A stretch of 64,000 nt of DNA from an uncultured Actinomycetes bacterium (GTDB lineage Bacteria > Actinomycetota > Thermoleophilia > Gaiellales > Gaiellaceae), in NCBI GenBank assembly GCA_963746805.1, contig CAVVCQ010000007.1:70510-134509 (forward strand), given 5' to 3'. Of the stretch, positions 1 through 8,995 are shown piece after piece. Within the stretch, counting starts at the first letter, position 1; every line of letters starts with the position of its first letter. The notes below the pieces were generated by a model. The model was not told where the DNA came from and did not search any database. It worked only from the letters and a program-made list of their open reading frames with translations. Made by a program: the position numbers and the translations under genes.

Positions 1-1
1 C

Positions 2-223
2 TTCAAGGCCGGCGACGAGCCGGTCGGCGTCCACCCGCTGCTGCGGCTGCGGCCGCCCCGGGCGCTCGCGGCGCTCGAGCCGCGACACGTCCTCGTCGGC
101 CACGGCCGCGGCGCACACGGGCCGGAGCTGGCGGAATCCGTGCGCGACGAGCTCCGTCACGCCCGCCGCCGTCTCCCGCGCGCGTGGGCGAACGCGGCAC
201 GCAGCGCGGTCCGCCGCCGCTGA
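2..223 (+). CDS. 3' end of a gene that starts upstream of the window (product unknown; tail resembles hydrolase/MBL-fold C-termini)
   Basis: Frame 2 is open from the window edge to TGA 221-223. Third positions are G/C-rich (FKAGDEPVGVHPLLRL...EPRHVLVGHGRGAHGPELAESVRDEL). No start codon lies in the window. Confidence 0.4.
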   Translation, partial: FKAGDEPVGVHPLLRLRPPRALAALEPRHVLVGHGRGAHGPELAESVRDELRHARRRLPRAWANAARSAVRRR

Positions 224-244
224 GGCCGGGTTAGGCTCGCGTGC

Positions 245-1639
245 GTGCCGCCCCGCGTCGTCGCGTATGCGAACCGCCTCCCCGTGACCGGGCGCCGGGG
301 CGCGCTGAGGCCCGCCGCCGGCGGACTCGTGACCGCGCTCCGACCCGCGCTCGAGCGGCGTCGCGGCGCCTGGGTCGGCTGGGACGGGGGCATCGCGCGC
401 CTCCCGCGCCGCGTCGAGGGCCTCGACGTCGACCTGCTGCCGGTCCCGTTGTCGCGCAGCGAGATCGCGGACTACTACCACGGGTTCTCGAATCGGACCC
501 TGTGGCCGCTGCTCCACGGGTGGGTCGAGCCTCCCCTGTTCGACCGTTCCTGGTGGCGCGCCTACTGCGAGGTCAACGAGCGCTTCGCCTCGGTGGAGAC
601 GCCGCGCGGCGCGATCCACTGGGTGCACGACTACCACCTGATGCTGCTCCCGGCCCTGCTGCGCGCGCGCCACGGCGGCGCGCCGATCGGCTTCTTCCTC
701 CACACGCCGTTCGCGTCGTCGGAGCTCTGGCGCAGGCTCCCGTGGCGTGCGCAGCTCATCGAGGGGCTGCTCGGCGCCGACGTCGTGTCCTTTCACACGA
801 CCGAGTACCGCGACCACTTCCTCCGTTCGTGCTGGCGGTCGCGCGACGACGTCGTCGTGGAGGGGACGACGGTCACCGCGCCCGACGGGCGCCGCGTTCG
901 GGCCGAGGTGCACCCGATCTCGATCGACGCCCGGGACTACGCGGAGCGAACGTCGCGCGACGGCGTCGAGCGCTACCTGCGGCAGTTGCGCGAGCAGTTC
1001 GCGGGACGACGGGTGCTGCTCGGCGTGGACCGACTCGACTACACGAAAGGGATCCTCGAGCGGCTCCAGGCGGTCGAGCTCCTGCTGGAGCAGCGGAAGG
1101 ACCTCCGCCGCACGCTCACGCTCGTCCAGATCGCCGTGCCGAGCCGGGGCGAGGTGCGGGAATACGCGTCGCTGCGACGCCAGGTGGAGCAGGCCGTGGG
1201 ACGCGTCAACGGACGGTTCAGCGAGCCCGGCCACGACGTCCCCGTCCACTACCTCTACCGCAGCGTCCCGCCCGACCGGCTGCTCGCCTACTACCGCCTC
1301 GCGGACGTGTGCCTCGTGACGCCGCTGCGCGACGGGATGAACCTCGTCGCGAAGGAGTACGTCACCGTGCAGGGTGCCGCCGGGAGCGCCGGGGCACTCG
1401 TCCTCTCCGAGTTCACCGGTGCGGCCGAGGAGCTGGGCGAAGCGATCACCTGCAACCCCTGGGACGTGGACGGTCTGGCGGCCGCGATCGGCCATGCGCT
1501 CGACCTGCAGGAGGACGAGCGTCGCGGGCGAATCGCGGATATGGCAAGCTCTGTCCATGAGCACGACGTCTTCTGGTGGGTGAGCCAGGAGCTCGGCGCG
1601 CTCGAATCACCTGAATCGGGAATAGCACCAAGGCGATAA
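245..1639 (+). CDS. otsA: alpha,alpha-trehalose-phosphate synthase (GT20)
   Basis: 464-aa ORF with GTG start. Carries GT20 signatures VVAYANRLPV, GGLVTAL, WVGWDG, YYHGFSNRTLWPLLH, GVDRLDYTKGI and LVTPLRDGMNLVAKEY. Confidence 0.9.
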   Translation: MPPRVVAYANRLPVTGRRGALRPAAGGLVTALRPALERRRGAWVGWDGGIARLPRRVEGLDVDLLPVPLSRSEIADYYHGFSNRTLWPLLHGWVEPPLFDRSWWRAYCEVNERFASVETPRGAIHWVHDYHLMLLPALLRARHGGAPIGFFLHTPFASSELWRRLPWRAQLIEGLLGADVVSFHTTEYRDHFLRSCWRSRDDVVVEGTTVTAPDGRRVRAEVHPISIDARDYAERTSRDGVERYLRQLREQFAGRRVLLGVDRLDYTKGILERLQAVELLLEQRKDLRRTLTLVQIAVPSRGEVREYASLRRQVEQAVGRVNGRFSEPGHDVPVHYLYRSVPPDRLLAYYRLADVCLVTPLRDGMNLVAKEYVTVQGAAGSAGALVLSEFTGAAEELGEAITCNPWDVDGLAAAIGHALDLQEDERRGRIADMASSVHEHDVFWWVSQELGALESPESGIAPRR

Positions 1640-1752
1640 CCGTTCTATCGTACGAGAAGCACAGCGCACAGCGGCCGTGACGCAACCCCCAGACCGGCCG
1701 AACCAGCACAGGGCGCGTGCCGAAAACGTAAAGAAGAAGTGAGGGACACAAA

Positions 1753-2811
1753 CTGACTCCAGCTGCAATCACGATCACGATCGACCGCCTGCTCGAGCGC
1801 GCGGAGGAGCAGGGCACGGTCCTGCGCGCCGAGCTCGACGAGGTCTGCCTCAACGAGGGGTTCACCGAGACCGAGGTCGAGGCCATCGTCCACGACCTGG
1901 TGGAGAAGGGCATCGAGATCGTCGTTGACGAGGAGGCCGACGACGCGCCGGCGGAGACGCCCGCGGCCGCGGCGGCCCATGTCTCGTTCACGACCGACTC
2001 GCTCCAGCTCTTCCTCAACGACGCGGGCCGCTACCCGCTCCTCACGGCCGCCGAGGAGGTCGAGCTCGCGAAGCGCGTCGAGCGCGGCGACATGGAGGCC
2101 AAGAACCGGATGATCAACTCGAACCTGCGCCTCGTGGTCTCGATCGCGAAGCGCTACCAGGGCAACGGGCTGCCGCTCGGCGACCTGATCCAGGAGGGGA
2201 TCATCGGCCTCATCCGCGCCGTGGAGAAGTTCGACTGGCGGAAGGGCTTCAAGTTCTCGACCTACGCGACCTGGTGGATCCGCCAGGCCGTGCAGCGCGG
2301 GATCGGCAACAAGGCCCGCGAGATCCGCATCCCGGTGCACATCCTCGAGCGCGAGACGAAGATCTCCCGCGCGGAGCGCGACCTGACGGGCGAGCTCGGC
2401 CGCTACCCGACCGACGAGGAGGTCGCGGACAAGGCCAAGCTGCCGCTCCACCAGGTGAAGGAGATCCGGGAGGCGCCGCGGATCGTCACGAGCCTCGACA
2501 AGAAGATCGGTGACGACGGCGACGGTGCCGAGCTCGGCGAGCTGTTCGCGATGCAGGCGCCCGGCCCCGACGAGGACGCCGACGCCTCGATGCGGGCGCA
2601 GGCGGTGCGCCGGGTGCTCTCGGAGCTCCCGGACCGCGAGCGGGCCGTCATCGAGCTCCGCTACGGGCTCAACAACGACGGCACGCCGACCTCGCTCGAG
2701 GAGATCGGCCGCCGCCTCGGCATCACGCGCGAGCGCGTCCGGCAGATCGAGCGCGACGCGCTGATGAAGCTCCAGGCCAGCGACCTCGCCGACCTGGCCA
2801 ACTCGGCCTAG
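1753..2811 (+). CDS. RNA polymerase sigma-70 factor, group 1/2 (RpoD/SigA-like)
   Basis: ORF track 1900..2811 carries regions 1.2-4.2 ([55 protein letters not shown]). The frame stays open back to TAA 1729-1731 and encodes a region-1.1-like helix ([25 protein letters not shown]). The only plausible start there is CTG 1753, 6 nt after GAGGGA, so the 5' end is uncertain. Confidence 0.85.
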   Translation: MTPAAITITIDRLLERAEEQGTVLRAELDEVCLNEGFTETEVEAIVHDLVEKGIEIVVDEEADDAPAETPAAAAAHVSFTTDSLQLFLNDAGRYPLLTAAEEVELAKRVERGDMEAKNRMINSNLRLVVSIAKRYQGNGLPLGDLIQEGIIGLIRAVEKFDWRKGFKFSTYATWWIRQAVQRGIGNKAREIRIPVHILERETKISRAERDLTGELGRYPTDEEVADKAKLPLHQVKEIREAPRIVTSLDKKIGDDGDGAELGELFAMQAPGPDEDADASMRAQAVRRVLSELPDRERAVIELRYGLNNDGTPTSLEEIGRRLGITRERVRQIERDALMKLQASDLADLANSA

Positions 2812-2820
2812 CCGGCACGC

Positions 2821-2850
2821 CGACGAGGGGCCCTGCGGGGCCCTTCGTCG
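2821..2850. terminator. bidirectional terminator-like hairpin between convergent genes
   Basis: CGACGAGGGGCCC-tgcg-GGGCCCTTCGTCG forms a 13-bp stem with one G.U pair. It sits between the sigma stop (2811) and the stop of the minus-strand membrane gene (2853), and is followed by TATTA. Confidence 0.6.
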
Positions 2851-2852
2851 TA

Positions 2853-4556
2853 TTACCGGGACGCGGCCTCGAGCGCGATCCGGTCGCCGCGCAGGTCCGC
2901 GACGTGCGTGACCGGGCGGTGGCGGTATGCCGCCGCATCGCGCTTCCGGCCCTGCTCGGTGAGGAGGTAGGTCGGGGTCTCCACCGAGAGGCGCACGTCC
3001 CGCAGGCGGTAGATCGCCCATGCCTCCTCCCAGGCGTCGTCGGTCGTGAACGAGACCGTGGCCCCGGCCGGGACGTCGCCGGTGAGTTCGAGCGTCCGCC
3101 GGGCGTCCACCGGCGCGATCGTCGCGACGAGAGCCGACGCCAGGAGCAGGACGCCTCCGACGGCTGCCGCGGCGACGCCTGTGCGGGTACGGCGCCCGGC
3201 AAAGGGGGTCAGCGCGAGCAGCACCAGGAACGGGGCGCCGTAGGCGAGCAGCTTGTACGACAGGTACGGGGCGAACGCGGGGAGGAGCAGAACGACCCAG
3301 CCGCCGAGGACGAGCGCCGAGCCGGCCAGGACGAAATCGGCGCGGCCGAGCCGGCGCGCGGCGCGCACCCCGCCGACGAGCAGCATGACGGCGAGGAGCG
3401 AGGCCGCGACGAGCCACGTGACGCGGATCGCCGCCGGCCAGTCCTCCTCGATCGCCCAGACGCGCGGGACGAGGCCGAGCGCCTCGCCCGGCTGCCCGGC
3501 CGGGAAGTGCTCCTTGAACGCCGTGGAGAAGCCGCCCGCGTCGACGAACTCCGGGAGGCCGCTGCCGAGCGCGACGAGCGAGGGGAGCGCGAGGAGCGCC
3601 GCCGCCCCTGCGAACACACCTGTCCGCCGGGCGACGTCCCCGCGGTCGTGCCCGGTCACGAGCGTCGTGGCCACGACGAGCGCGAGCAGCGCGGCGAGGT
3701 ACGGCGCGAACCCGAGTCGGTAGGTCGCGAGCGCGCCGGCGACGAGCAGCGCGGCGAGGACGAGGAGGAGCCTCGACGCCGCCGGCTCGAGCCCCAGCCG
3801 CAGGAGCGCGGCGGCCGCGAACGCGAGCGCGCTCCCGGCGAGCTGCTGCTGCCAGGAGAAGTGGCTCGCGAAGAGGAGCGAGGCGTTCAGGGCGATCACG
3901 CCGCCGGCGAGGAGCGCGAGCCGCGGCGTCCAGCCGAGCAGCGCCCTTGCGGCCGCGTACGTCGCGAGCGGCAGGAACGCGTAGACGAGGGCCGCGAGGA
4001 CGCCGTACGTCTCGGCCGGGTCGGCGTCGGCGACCCATGCCAGCTGCCCGAGCGCGAACGGGAGCGCGACCGCCCACTGCTGGTCGCGGGAGCGCTCGTA
4101 CGTGAGCCGGTCGGGGTGCTCGGTGATCGGTTCCGGGGCGGGGCCGTCGAGGTACGCGCGGCCCTGCGAGACCCAGTGGTAGGCGTCCGTGCTGCCGTAG
4201 AGGCTCGTCGCCTCCCAGCTCCCGCGCACCGCTGCAGGGAGCGCCGCGAGGAGGAGCGCGCCGACCGCCAGCGCGGCCGGAACCGCGGCCGCCCGCAGCG
4301 TCGGAAGGCGGCGCCGCACGGCGACGGTGACCGCGAGCCCGAGCGCCAGGACGATCGGCGCGAGAACGCCCGTCGTGGCGCCGTACGGGAGGAGCGTGCT
4401 CGCCGCGGCGAGGAGCGCGAACCCGGCGAGCGGCGCGAGCGCCGCCTGCGCGTCCCCGGGGAGGCCGGGCGCGAGCGCGGCCGCCACGCCGATCCCGGCG
4501 ACGCCGGCGACCGCGAGCCCGAGCAGCGGGAGCGCGACCGTCGCGAGCTCACGCAC
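2853..4556 (-). CDS. polytopic integral membrane protein (GT-C-like glycosyl/arabinosyl-transferase-type topology; function unknown)
   Basis: 567-aa ORF with GTG start. Has about a dozen hydrophobic Ala/Leu/Gly-rich segments followed by a soluble C-terminal domain. Overlaps the upstream PAP2 gene by 8 nt. Confidence 0.7.
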   Translation of the reverse strand: MRELATVALPLLGLAVAGVAGIGVAAALAPGLPGDAQAALAPLAGFALLAAASTLLPYGATTGVLAPIVLALGLAVTVAVRRRLPTLRAAAVPAALAVGALLLAALPAAVRGSWEATSLYGSTDAYHWVSQGRAYLDGPAPEPITEHPDRLTYERSRDQQWAVALPFALGQLAWVADADPAETYGVLAALVYAFLPLATYAAARALLGWTPRLALLAGGVIALNASLLFASHFSWQQQLAGSALAFAAAALLRLGLEPAASRLLLVLAALLVAGALATYRLGFAPYLAALLALVVATTLVTGHDRGDVARRTGVFAGAAALLALPSLVALGSGLPEFVDAGGFSTAFKEHFPAGQPGEALGLVPRVWAIEEDWPAAIRVTWLVAASLLAVMLLVGGVRAARRLGRADFVLAGSALVLGGWVVLLLPAFAPYLSYKLLAYGAPFLVLLALTPFAGRRTRTGVAAAAVGGVLLLASALVATIAPVDARRTLELTGDVPAGATVSFTTDDAWEEAWAIYRLRDVRLSVETPTYLLTEQGRKRDAAAYRHRPVTHVADLRGDRIALEAASR

Positions 4557-5478
4557 GCGCGCGCTCGCGCCGCCGGAAGAACCACGTGACGGCGGCGAAG
4601 GCGATGCCGGCGTAGAGCCAGCCCGCGAGCACGTCGCTGACGTAGTGCTCGCCGGTGTAGACGAGCGCGAAGCCCATGGCGACCGGGTATGCCATCAGCG
4701 CGACGCGCCACCAGGGCCGCGTCACGAGCGGCCAGAAATAGAGCGCGATCAGGAGTGCGTAGGCGGCGTGCAGCGAGGGCATCGCCGCGACGTCGTTCGC
4801 GTAGCGGGAGCCCGACTCCCAGACCGAGCCGAAGAAGTCGACGGGCGCATCCACCGAGACGTACCGCACCACGCGGTCGACGTGGCCGAGGTGCCCCTCG
4901 TCGCTGGCCATCCACGGCGGCACGGCCGGGAACGCGGCGTAGGTCGCGAAGCCCATCGCCGCCAGGAGCGCGACCATCGCCGCGTACGGCCGGAACAGCT
5001 CCCGCCTGCGCAGCCACAGGCAGGCCGCCACCGTGAGCGTCGCGACGAAGTGCGTGAGGTAGACGACCCAGTTGAGGTAGTCGAACCAGCCGACCGTCCC
5101 GTCCCACAGGTGCTGCTGCAGCCAGACCGTGGGGACGGTGCCGAAGAACACCCACTCGTCGAAGCGCAGCTGCGGCCACACGTTGGCCGCCTGGAACTCG
5201 TCCGCGTACCCGCGCAGGAGGTCGTAGACGAAGAGGACGGCCGCGAGCGGGAGCCAGTCCACGAGCAGTTCGCGCAGCCGGCCGCGCGGCCCGGTCGCGG
5301 TGAAGGCGACGAGCCCGAGCGTGAGCCACAGGAAGAGGGCGTCACGGGATGTCGGGACGCCGCGCACCACGCAGGCGACGGCCAGAGCCACGAAGAAGGC
5401 CGCGAGTGCGAGGACCCGCAGGGCCTGCCGCGCGGCCGGCCTCCGGGCCGTGGCCTCGGACACGGTCGCGGAGTCCAT
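4549..5478 (-). CDS. PAP2-superfamily membrane phosphatase/phosphotransferase
   Basis: 309-aa ORF with multiple TM helices. Carries PAP2 C-terminal motifs PSLHAAYALL and YTGEHYVSDVLAGW. Confidence 0.8.
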   Translation of the reverse strand: MDSATVSEATARRPAARQALRVLALAAFFVALAVACVVRGVPTSRDALFLWLTLGLVAFTATGPRGRLRELLVDWLPLAAVLFVYDLLRGYADEFQAANVWPQLRFDEWVFFGTVPTVWLQQHLWDGTVGWFDYLNWVVYLTHFVATLTVAACLWLRRRELFRPYAAMVALLAAMGFATYAAFPAVPPWMASDEGHLGHVDRVVRYVSVDAPVDFFGSVWESGSRYANDVAAMPSLHAAYALLIALYFWPLVTRPWWRVALMAYPVAMGFALVYTGEHYVSDVLAGWLYAGIAFAAVTWFFRRRERARA

Positions 5479-5518
5479 GGCCGAACACTGTAGAGCGGCC
5501 CGCGGCGGTTCCGGGCGG

Positions 5519-5932
5519 TCAGGCGTTCAACGCGCTCTGCGCCTTCGCGAACTGATCCTCGCGCACGTACACGACGTACCCGAACGCGCCGTGCCCGTCG
5601 CTCACGCCGGTCGAGGCGTAGACGTCGACGCCCGCATCGACCAGGCGCTCGTGCACGCTCGCGAGCGCCCCGGGCTCGTCGTTGCCCTGGACGAGGAGCG
5701 CGTGGTGTGGCCCGTCGAGCGCCAGCCCGGCGGCGCGCGCCTCGGCGGCGAGCTTCCGGGAGTCCTGCGGGAAGAGGGCGAACTGCGCCAGCGTGGGCCC
5801 GCTGGGCACAGCCGTGAACGCGAGCAGGTCGACGCCGCGCTCGGCGAGCGCGGACAGGACGCGGTAGGCGGCGCCGAGCTCGTCGCGGACGGTGGCGTAG
5901 AAGTACTCGACCGGTCGGATCGTGAACGCCAT
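5519..5932 (-). CDS. small tandem ACT-like domain protein (hypothetical)
   Basis: 137-aa ORF with good GC3. Contains two beta-alpha-beta-beta-alpha-beta-like halves (YFYATVRDELGAAYRVLSALAERGVDL and LLVQGNDEPGALASVHERLVDAGVDV). Confidence 0.55.
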   Translation of the reverse strand: MAFTIRPVEYFYATVRDELGAAYRVLSALAERGVDLLAFTAVPSGPTLAQFALFPQDSRKLAAEARAAGLALDGPHHALLVQGNDEPGALASVHERLVDAGVDVYASTGVSDGHGAFGYVVYVREDQFAKAQSALNA

Positions 5933-6059
5933 GCGCTGCCTCCGCGCGGAGCCTACGGGAAGGCGGAGGCCTCCACACGCGCTGTTGCCCCGGGTCCTTC
6001 ACTTTCGCGCGCCCGAGCGCAAGAATGGCACCTGCCCGCTCAGTGGGGGGATCGCCGCC

Positions 6060-6434
6060 TTGCAGGTCCAGCACGAACGCCGCCCGCGCAGCACTGTCGG
6101 CTTCGCAGCCCGCGACATCACAGCCGACGTGAACGTCGCGGTCCGCGACACGGGGATCCGGGCCGGGATCGCGTACGTGTCGTCCTCCGACCCCCGCTGC
6201 TGCGTCCGGGTGAACGAGCTCGCGCCGGAGCTGCTGCAGGACTTCGCGGCACTGCTGCGGCGGCTGCTCCCGGACGAGGGGTCGCCGGTGTCGATGCTGC
6301 TGGGCCCGGCCGGCGAGGCGATCCCCGTGTCGGGTGGCCAGCTCCTCCTCGGCCGGTTGCAGCGGGTGCTCTTCCTCGAGCTGGACGACGCGTCCGACGG
6401 CGAGTGGCGCGTCGAGGTGGTCGGTGCGCCGTGA
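6060..6434 (+). CDS. divergent YjbQ/UPF0047-like protein (hypothetical)
   Basis: C-terminal two-thirds of ORF 5922..6434 resemble the YjbQ layout (DITADVNVAVRDTGIRAGIAYV..., ...GQLLLGRLQRVLFLELDD...RVEVVG), but the usual His residues are missing. Start is uncertain; TTG 6060 lies after a G-rich stretch. Confidence 0.4.
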   Translation: MQVQHERRPRSTVGFAARDITADVNVAVRDTGIRAGIAYVSSSDPRCCVRVNELAPELLQDFAALLRRLLPDEGSPVSMLLGPAGEAIPVSGGQLLLGRLQRVLFLELDDASDGEWRVEVVGAP

Positions 6435-6754
6435 ACGACGCCGCGTTCGTCACCGATGCGTACGTGCGCGAGCGGCTCGCGCAGGCGGTGCACGCGCTCG
6501 CGACCACCGACGGGCCGCTCCCGGAGCGCCTCTTCTCCGCCTCGCTCGCGACCTCGACGCTGCAGCCCCGGGACTTCGCCGACCCGGAGTGCCGGGCCGA
6601 CTTCGGCGCGATCCGGGAGATGCTCACCCGCCGGGAGGCCGACGCGAACGAGGGTTGCATCCGGGCGACGCTCGCGCGGATGAGCGACGCCGAGGCGCGC
6701 GCCGTCGCGGAGCGGATCTTCGAGCTCGACGCCCACTACCGACCGCCGTCATGA
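6431..6754 (+). CDS. hypothetical helical protein
   Basis: GTG 6431 overlaps the previous stop (GTGA). The 107-aa product has high GC3 (VNDAAFVTDAYVRERLAQAVHALATTDGPLPERLF...). It is the only coding-looking part of the long ORF 5300..6754. Confidence 0.55.
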   Translation: MNDAAFVTDAYVRERLAQAVHALATTDGPLPERLFSASLATSTLQPRDFADPECRADFGAIREMLTRREADANEGCIRATLARMSDAEARAVAERIFELDAHYRPPS

Positions 6755-6802
6755 GCTCACACCTCGACCAGGGAAGGGAGGTGGGTCGCCGTTAGCACCA
6801 GC

Positions 6803-7177
6803 GTGGAAGCCGACCTGTTCTTCGAGAACGACCTCGGGGTCGACCTGTCCGGCATCCCGTCGAGCTATTCGCTCGACGTCACGCATCTGCCGAAGATCGA
6901 GATCGCGCTCGACCCCATCGAGCTCGAGCCGATCACGGTCAACCCGCTCGACGTCTCCGTGCGCCTGAAGGAGATCCCGTCGATTCGCACGCACGTCCCG
7001 GCGCTGTTCACGCTCGGGCTCTCCGTGCTCGGCTACGAGCTCGTCTGCGCGCGCCTGTGCGGGGAGGCCCAGGTGATCACCGAGCCGTACGAGCCGAACC
7101 CGTGCGAGCACTGCGGGAAGCCGCACCGGACGCCGGTGCCGGTTCCCGCCGAGCCGTCGCCGGAGGTGCCCAAGTGA
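6803..7177 (+). CDS. hypothetical protein P1 (124 aa, unknown family)
   Basis: GTG start and high GC3. Sequence ...LPKIEIALDPIELEPITVNPLDVSVRLKEIPSIRTHVPALFTLGLSVLGYELVCARLCGEAQ...CEHCGKP. No signal peptide. First gene of the overlapping operon. Confidence 0.7.
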   Translation: MEADLFFENDLGVDLSGIPSSYSLDVTHLPKIEIALDPIELEPITVNPLDVSVRLKEIPSIRTHVPALFTLGLSVLGYELVCARLCGEAQVITEPYEPNPCEHCGKPHRTPVPVPAEPSPEVPK

Positions 7178-7935
7178 CGCCCGCCCCGCGCCGCGCCGCC
7201 AAGTCGCGCCGCGCCGTGGCCCAGGCCGCCGAGCCGGTCGTGTTCAAGGGCCCTCCCGACCGCCTCGCCTCCCTCCTTCCGGTCGCGGCGGAGGCCGGGG
7301 GAGCGGCGAGCGTGAGCCTCGAGGGCACGGAGGTCCGCGCCCTGCGCGTGCGCCGGGTCGCCCGCGACGGCCCGGCCGCCGGACGCGCGACGCTGCGTCT
7401 GTCGGCGTCGACGCCGCCCGGGACGTACACGGGCACGGCCGAGCTCGAGGGCGAGACGGTCCCGATCCTGGCCGAGGTCGAGCCCCGGCCGAGCCTCCGC
7501 TCCGAGCCGCGGCGCCTCGTCGTCGAGGCCGAGCCGGGGGCGACCGTCACCGTGGACGTGGCGCTCGTCAACGCCGGCAACGTCCCGTGTGACGTCTCCG
7601 GGACGACGACCTTCTGCCTCTTCGACGGGGGCGGCGTCGAGCACGCCGTCTGGGCGGCCCTCGCCTCCGATCCGCCGGAGGGGAAGCAGCGGATCGACGT
7701 CCTGCTCGACGACCTCGCGGAGTCCCACGGCGGGCTGGTCACGACGAAGGTCGAGCGCGGCGCGACGATTCCGCCCGGCGAGACGCGGACGGTGCAGCTG
7801 TCCCTCCGCTTCTCCGACCGGCTTCGTCCGGGCAAGCGCTACGCGGGCGCGTGGCGGGTCGAAGGGCTGCGCGTCCCGATCCGGATCACGACGCCGGAGA
7901 CGACCCCGAAACGAAAGGCGAAGGTGGCGAGATGA
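7174..7935 (+). CDS. hypothetical protein P2 (253 aa, beta-sandwich-like)
   Basis: GTG 7174 overlaps the P1 stop (GTGA) and is in frame with ORF 7057..7935. Has strand-like repeats (ATLRLSASTPPGTYTGTAELEG; ATVTVDVALVNAGNVPCDVSG; ETRTVQLSLRFSD). Confidence 0.7.
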   Translation: MTPAPRRAAKSRRAVAQAAEPVVFKGPPDRLASLLPVAAEAGGAASVSLEGTEVRALRVRRVARDGPAAGRATLRLSASTPPGTYTGTAELEGETVPILAEVEPRPSLRSEPRRLVVEAEPGATVTVDVALVNAGNVPCDVSGTTTFCLFDGGGVEHAVWAALASDPPEGKQRIDVLLDDLAESHGGLVTTKVERGATIPPGETRTVQLSLRFSDRLRPGKRYAGAWRVEGLRVPIRITTPETTPKRKAKVAR

Positions 7936-8492
7936 GCTCGAAGGACGGATCCGCGACGCTCGCCGACGCGCTGAAGGCGATCGGCGACGCCGTGGCGCCC
8001 GGCGCGAAGCTCGGGCTCGGCCTGCTCGAGTCGATCAGGCTCCCGACCCGCACGGGCTGCAGCTGCGAGATCCCGCCGCCGTGCTGGGTGCCGCAGCCGC
8101 TCGGCGACGTCGAGACCGAGGCCTGCCCCGGCAACAACGCCGTCGTCCGCATCACGATCACGAACTGCGGGACGACGGGCCGGACGATCAAGGTCACCGC
8201 GACGAACGCGGCGGTGAAGGTCGCGCCCGCGTCGCTGACGCTGGGGCCGCTGGAGGAAGGCCTCGTCACGCTCACGCTCCCCGTGCCGGCGGGGGCGACG
8301 AAGGGCCAGACCCAGAAGAGCCTCGTCCGGATCCACGGATGCCGCGACTACTACTTCCGCTGGACGGTCGTGGCCGCCGACGCCGGCGTCAGCTGCGCCG
8401 CCGGCGAGGTCGAGCTGGAGGACTGCCCCGACCTGATCCACCACTGGTACGACCACTTCTACTGCGAGCGGCCGTGCCCGAACCGAGACTGA
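7932..8492 (+). CDS. hypothetical Cys-rich protein P3 (186 aa)
   Basis: ATG 7932 overlaps the P2 stop (ATGA) and is in frame with ORF 7851..8492. Contains 10 Cys (GCSCEIPPPCW, EACPGNN, ITNCGTT, HGCRDYY, EDCPDLIHHWYDHFYCERPCP) and an Ig-like core (AVVRITITNCGTTGRTIKVTATN). Confidence 0.7.
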   Translation: MSSKDGSATLADALKAIGDAVAPGAKLGLGLLESIRLPTRTGCSCEIPPPCWVPQPLGDVETEACPGNNAVVRITITNCGTTGRTIKVTATNAAVKVAPASLTLGPLEEGLVTLTLPVPAGATKGQTQKSLVRIHGCRDYYFRWTVVAADAGVSCAAGEVELEDCPDLIHHWYDHFYCERPCPNRD

Positions 8493-8995
8493 GCGACAGC
8501 GTCCGCGACGCCGCGGAGGCGAGCCTGCGCTACTACGGCCGCATGGGTGGGCTCGCCTTGGAGCTGGCCGAGACCCTCGTCCCCTCGCTCTCGGGCCTGC
8601 GGCCGGCGGTCGTCCGCTCGTCCGCGCCGCCCGCCGAGCCCGCGTCCGCGGAGTCGCCGCGGGGACAGACGATCGTGATCGAGGCTGCCGCGGGGCGCAA
8701 CGGCCTGGGCGTGTTCATGGTCGAGAACACCACCGGCAGGAAGGTCTCGGGGCCGCTCGGCGTGTCGTCCTTCGCGGACGAGTCCGGGCGCGAGGTGCAG
8801 CCGACGGTCCGGTTCTCGCCGGACGTCGTCTCGCTCGAGCCCGGCGACCAGGTGCTCGTCCAGGTCGTGGCCGGGGTCGACGGCACGTTCGAACCGGGCG
8901 TCCGCTACGGGGCCGAGATCAGCATCCCGGAGCTCGCCGCGGCCGGGATCCCGCTCGTCGTGCAGCGGCGCGCGGCCCGTCCCCGGAAGGCATGA
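8474..8995 (+). CDS. hypothetical protein P4 (about 173 aa)
   Basis: Coding part of ORF 7589..8995. Candidate starts are GTG 8474 (19-nt overlap with P3) or CTG 8489 (CTGA overlap). Helical N-terminus (SDSVRDAAEASLRYYGRMGGLALELAETLV) followed by a beta-rich C-terminus (QTIVIEAAAGRNGLGVFMVENTTG...). Confidence 0.65.
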   Translation: MPEPRLSDSVRDAAEASLRYYGRMGGLALELAETLVPSLSGLRPAVVRSSAPPAEPASAESPRGQTIVIEAAAGRNGLGVFMVENTTGRKVSGPLGVSSFADESGREVQPTVRFSPDVVSLEPGDQVLVQVVAGVDGTFEPGVRYGAEISIPELAAAGIPLVVQRRAARPRKA

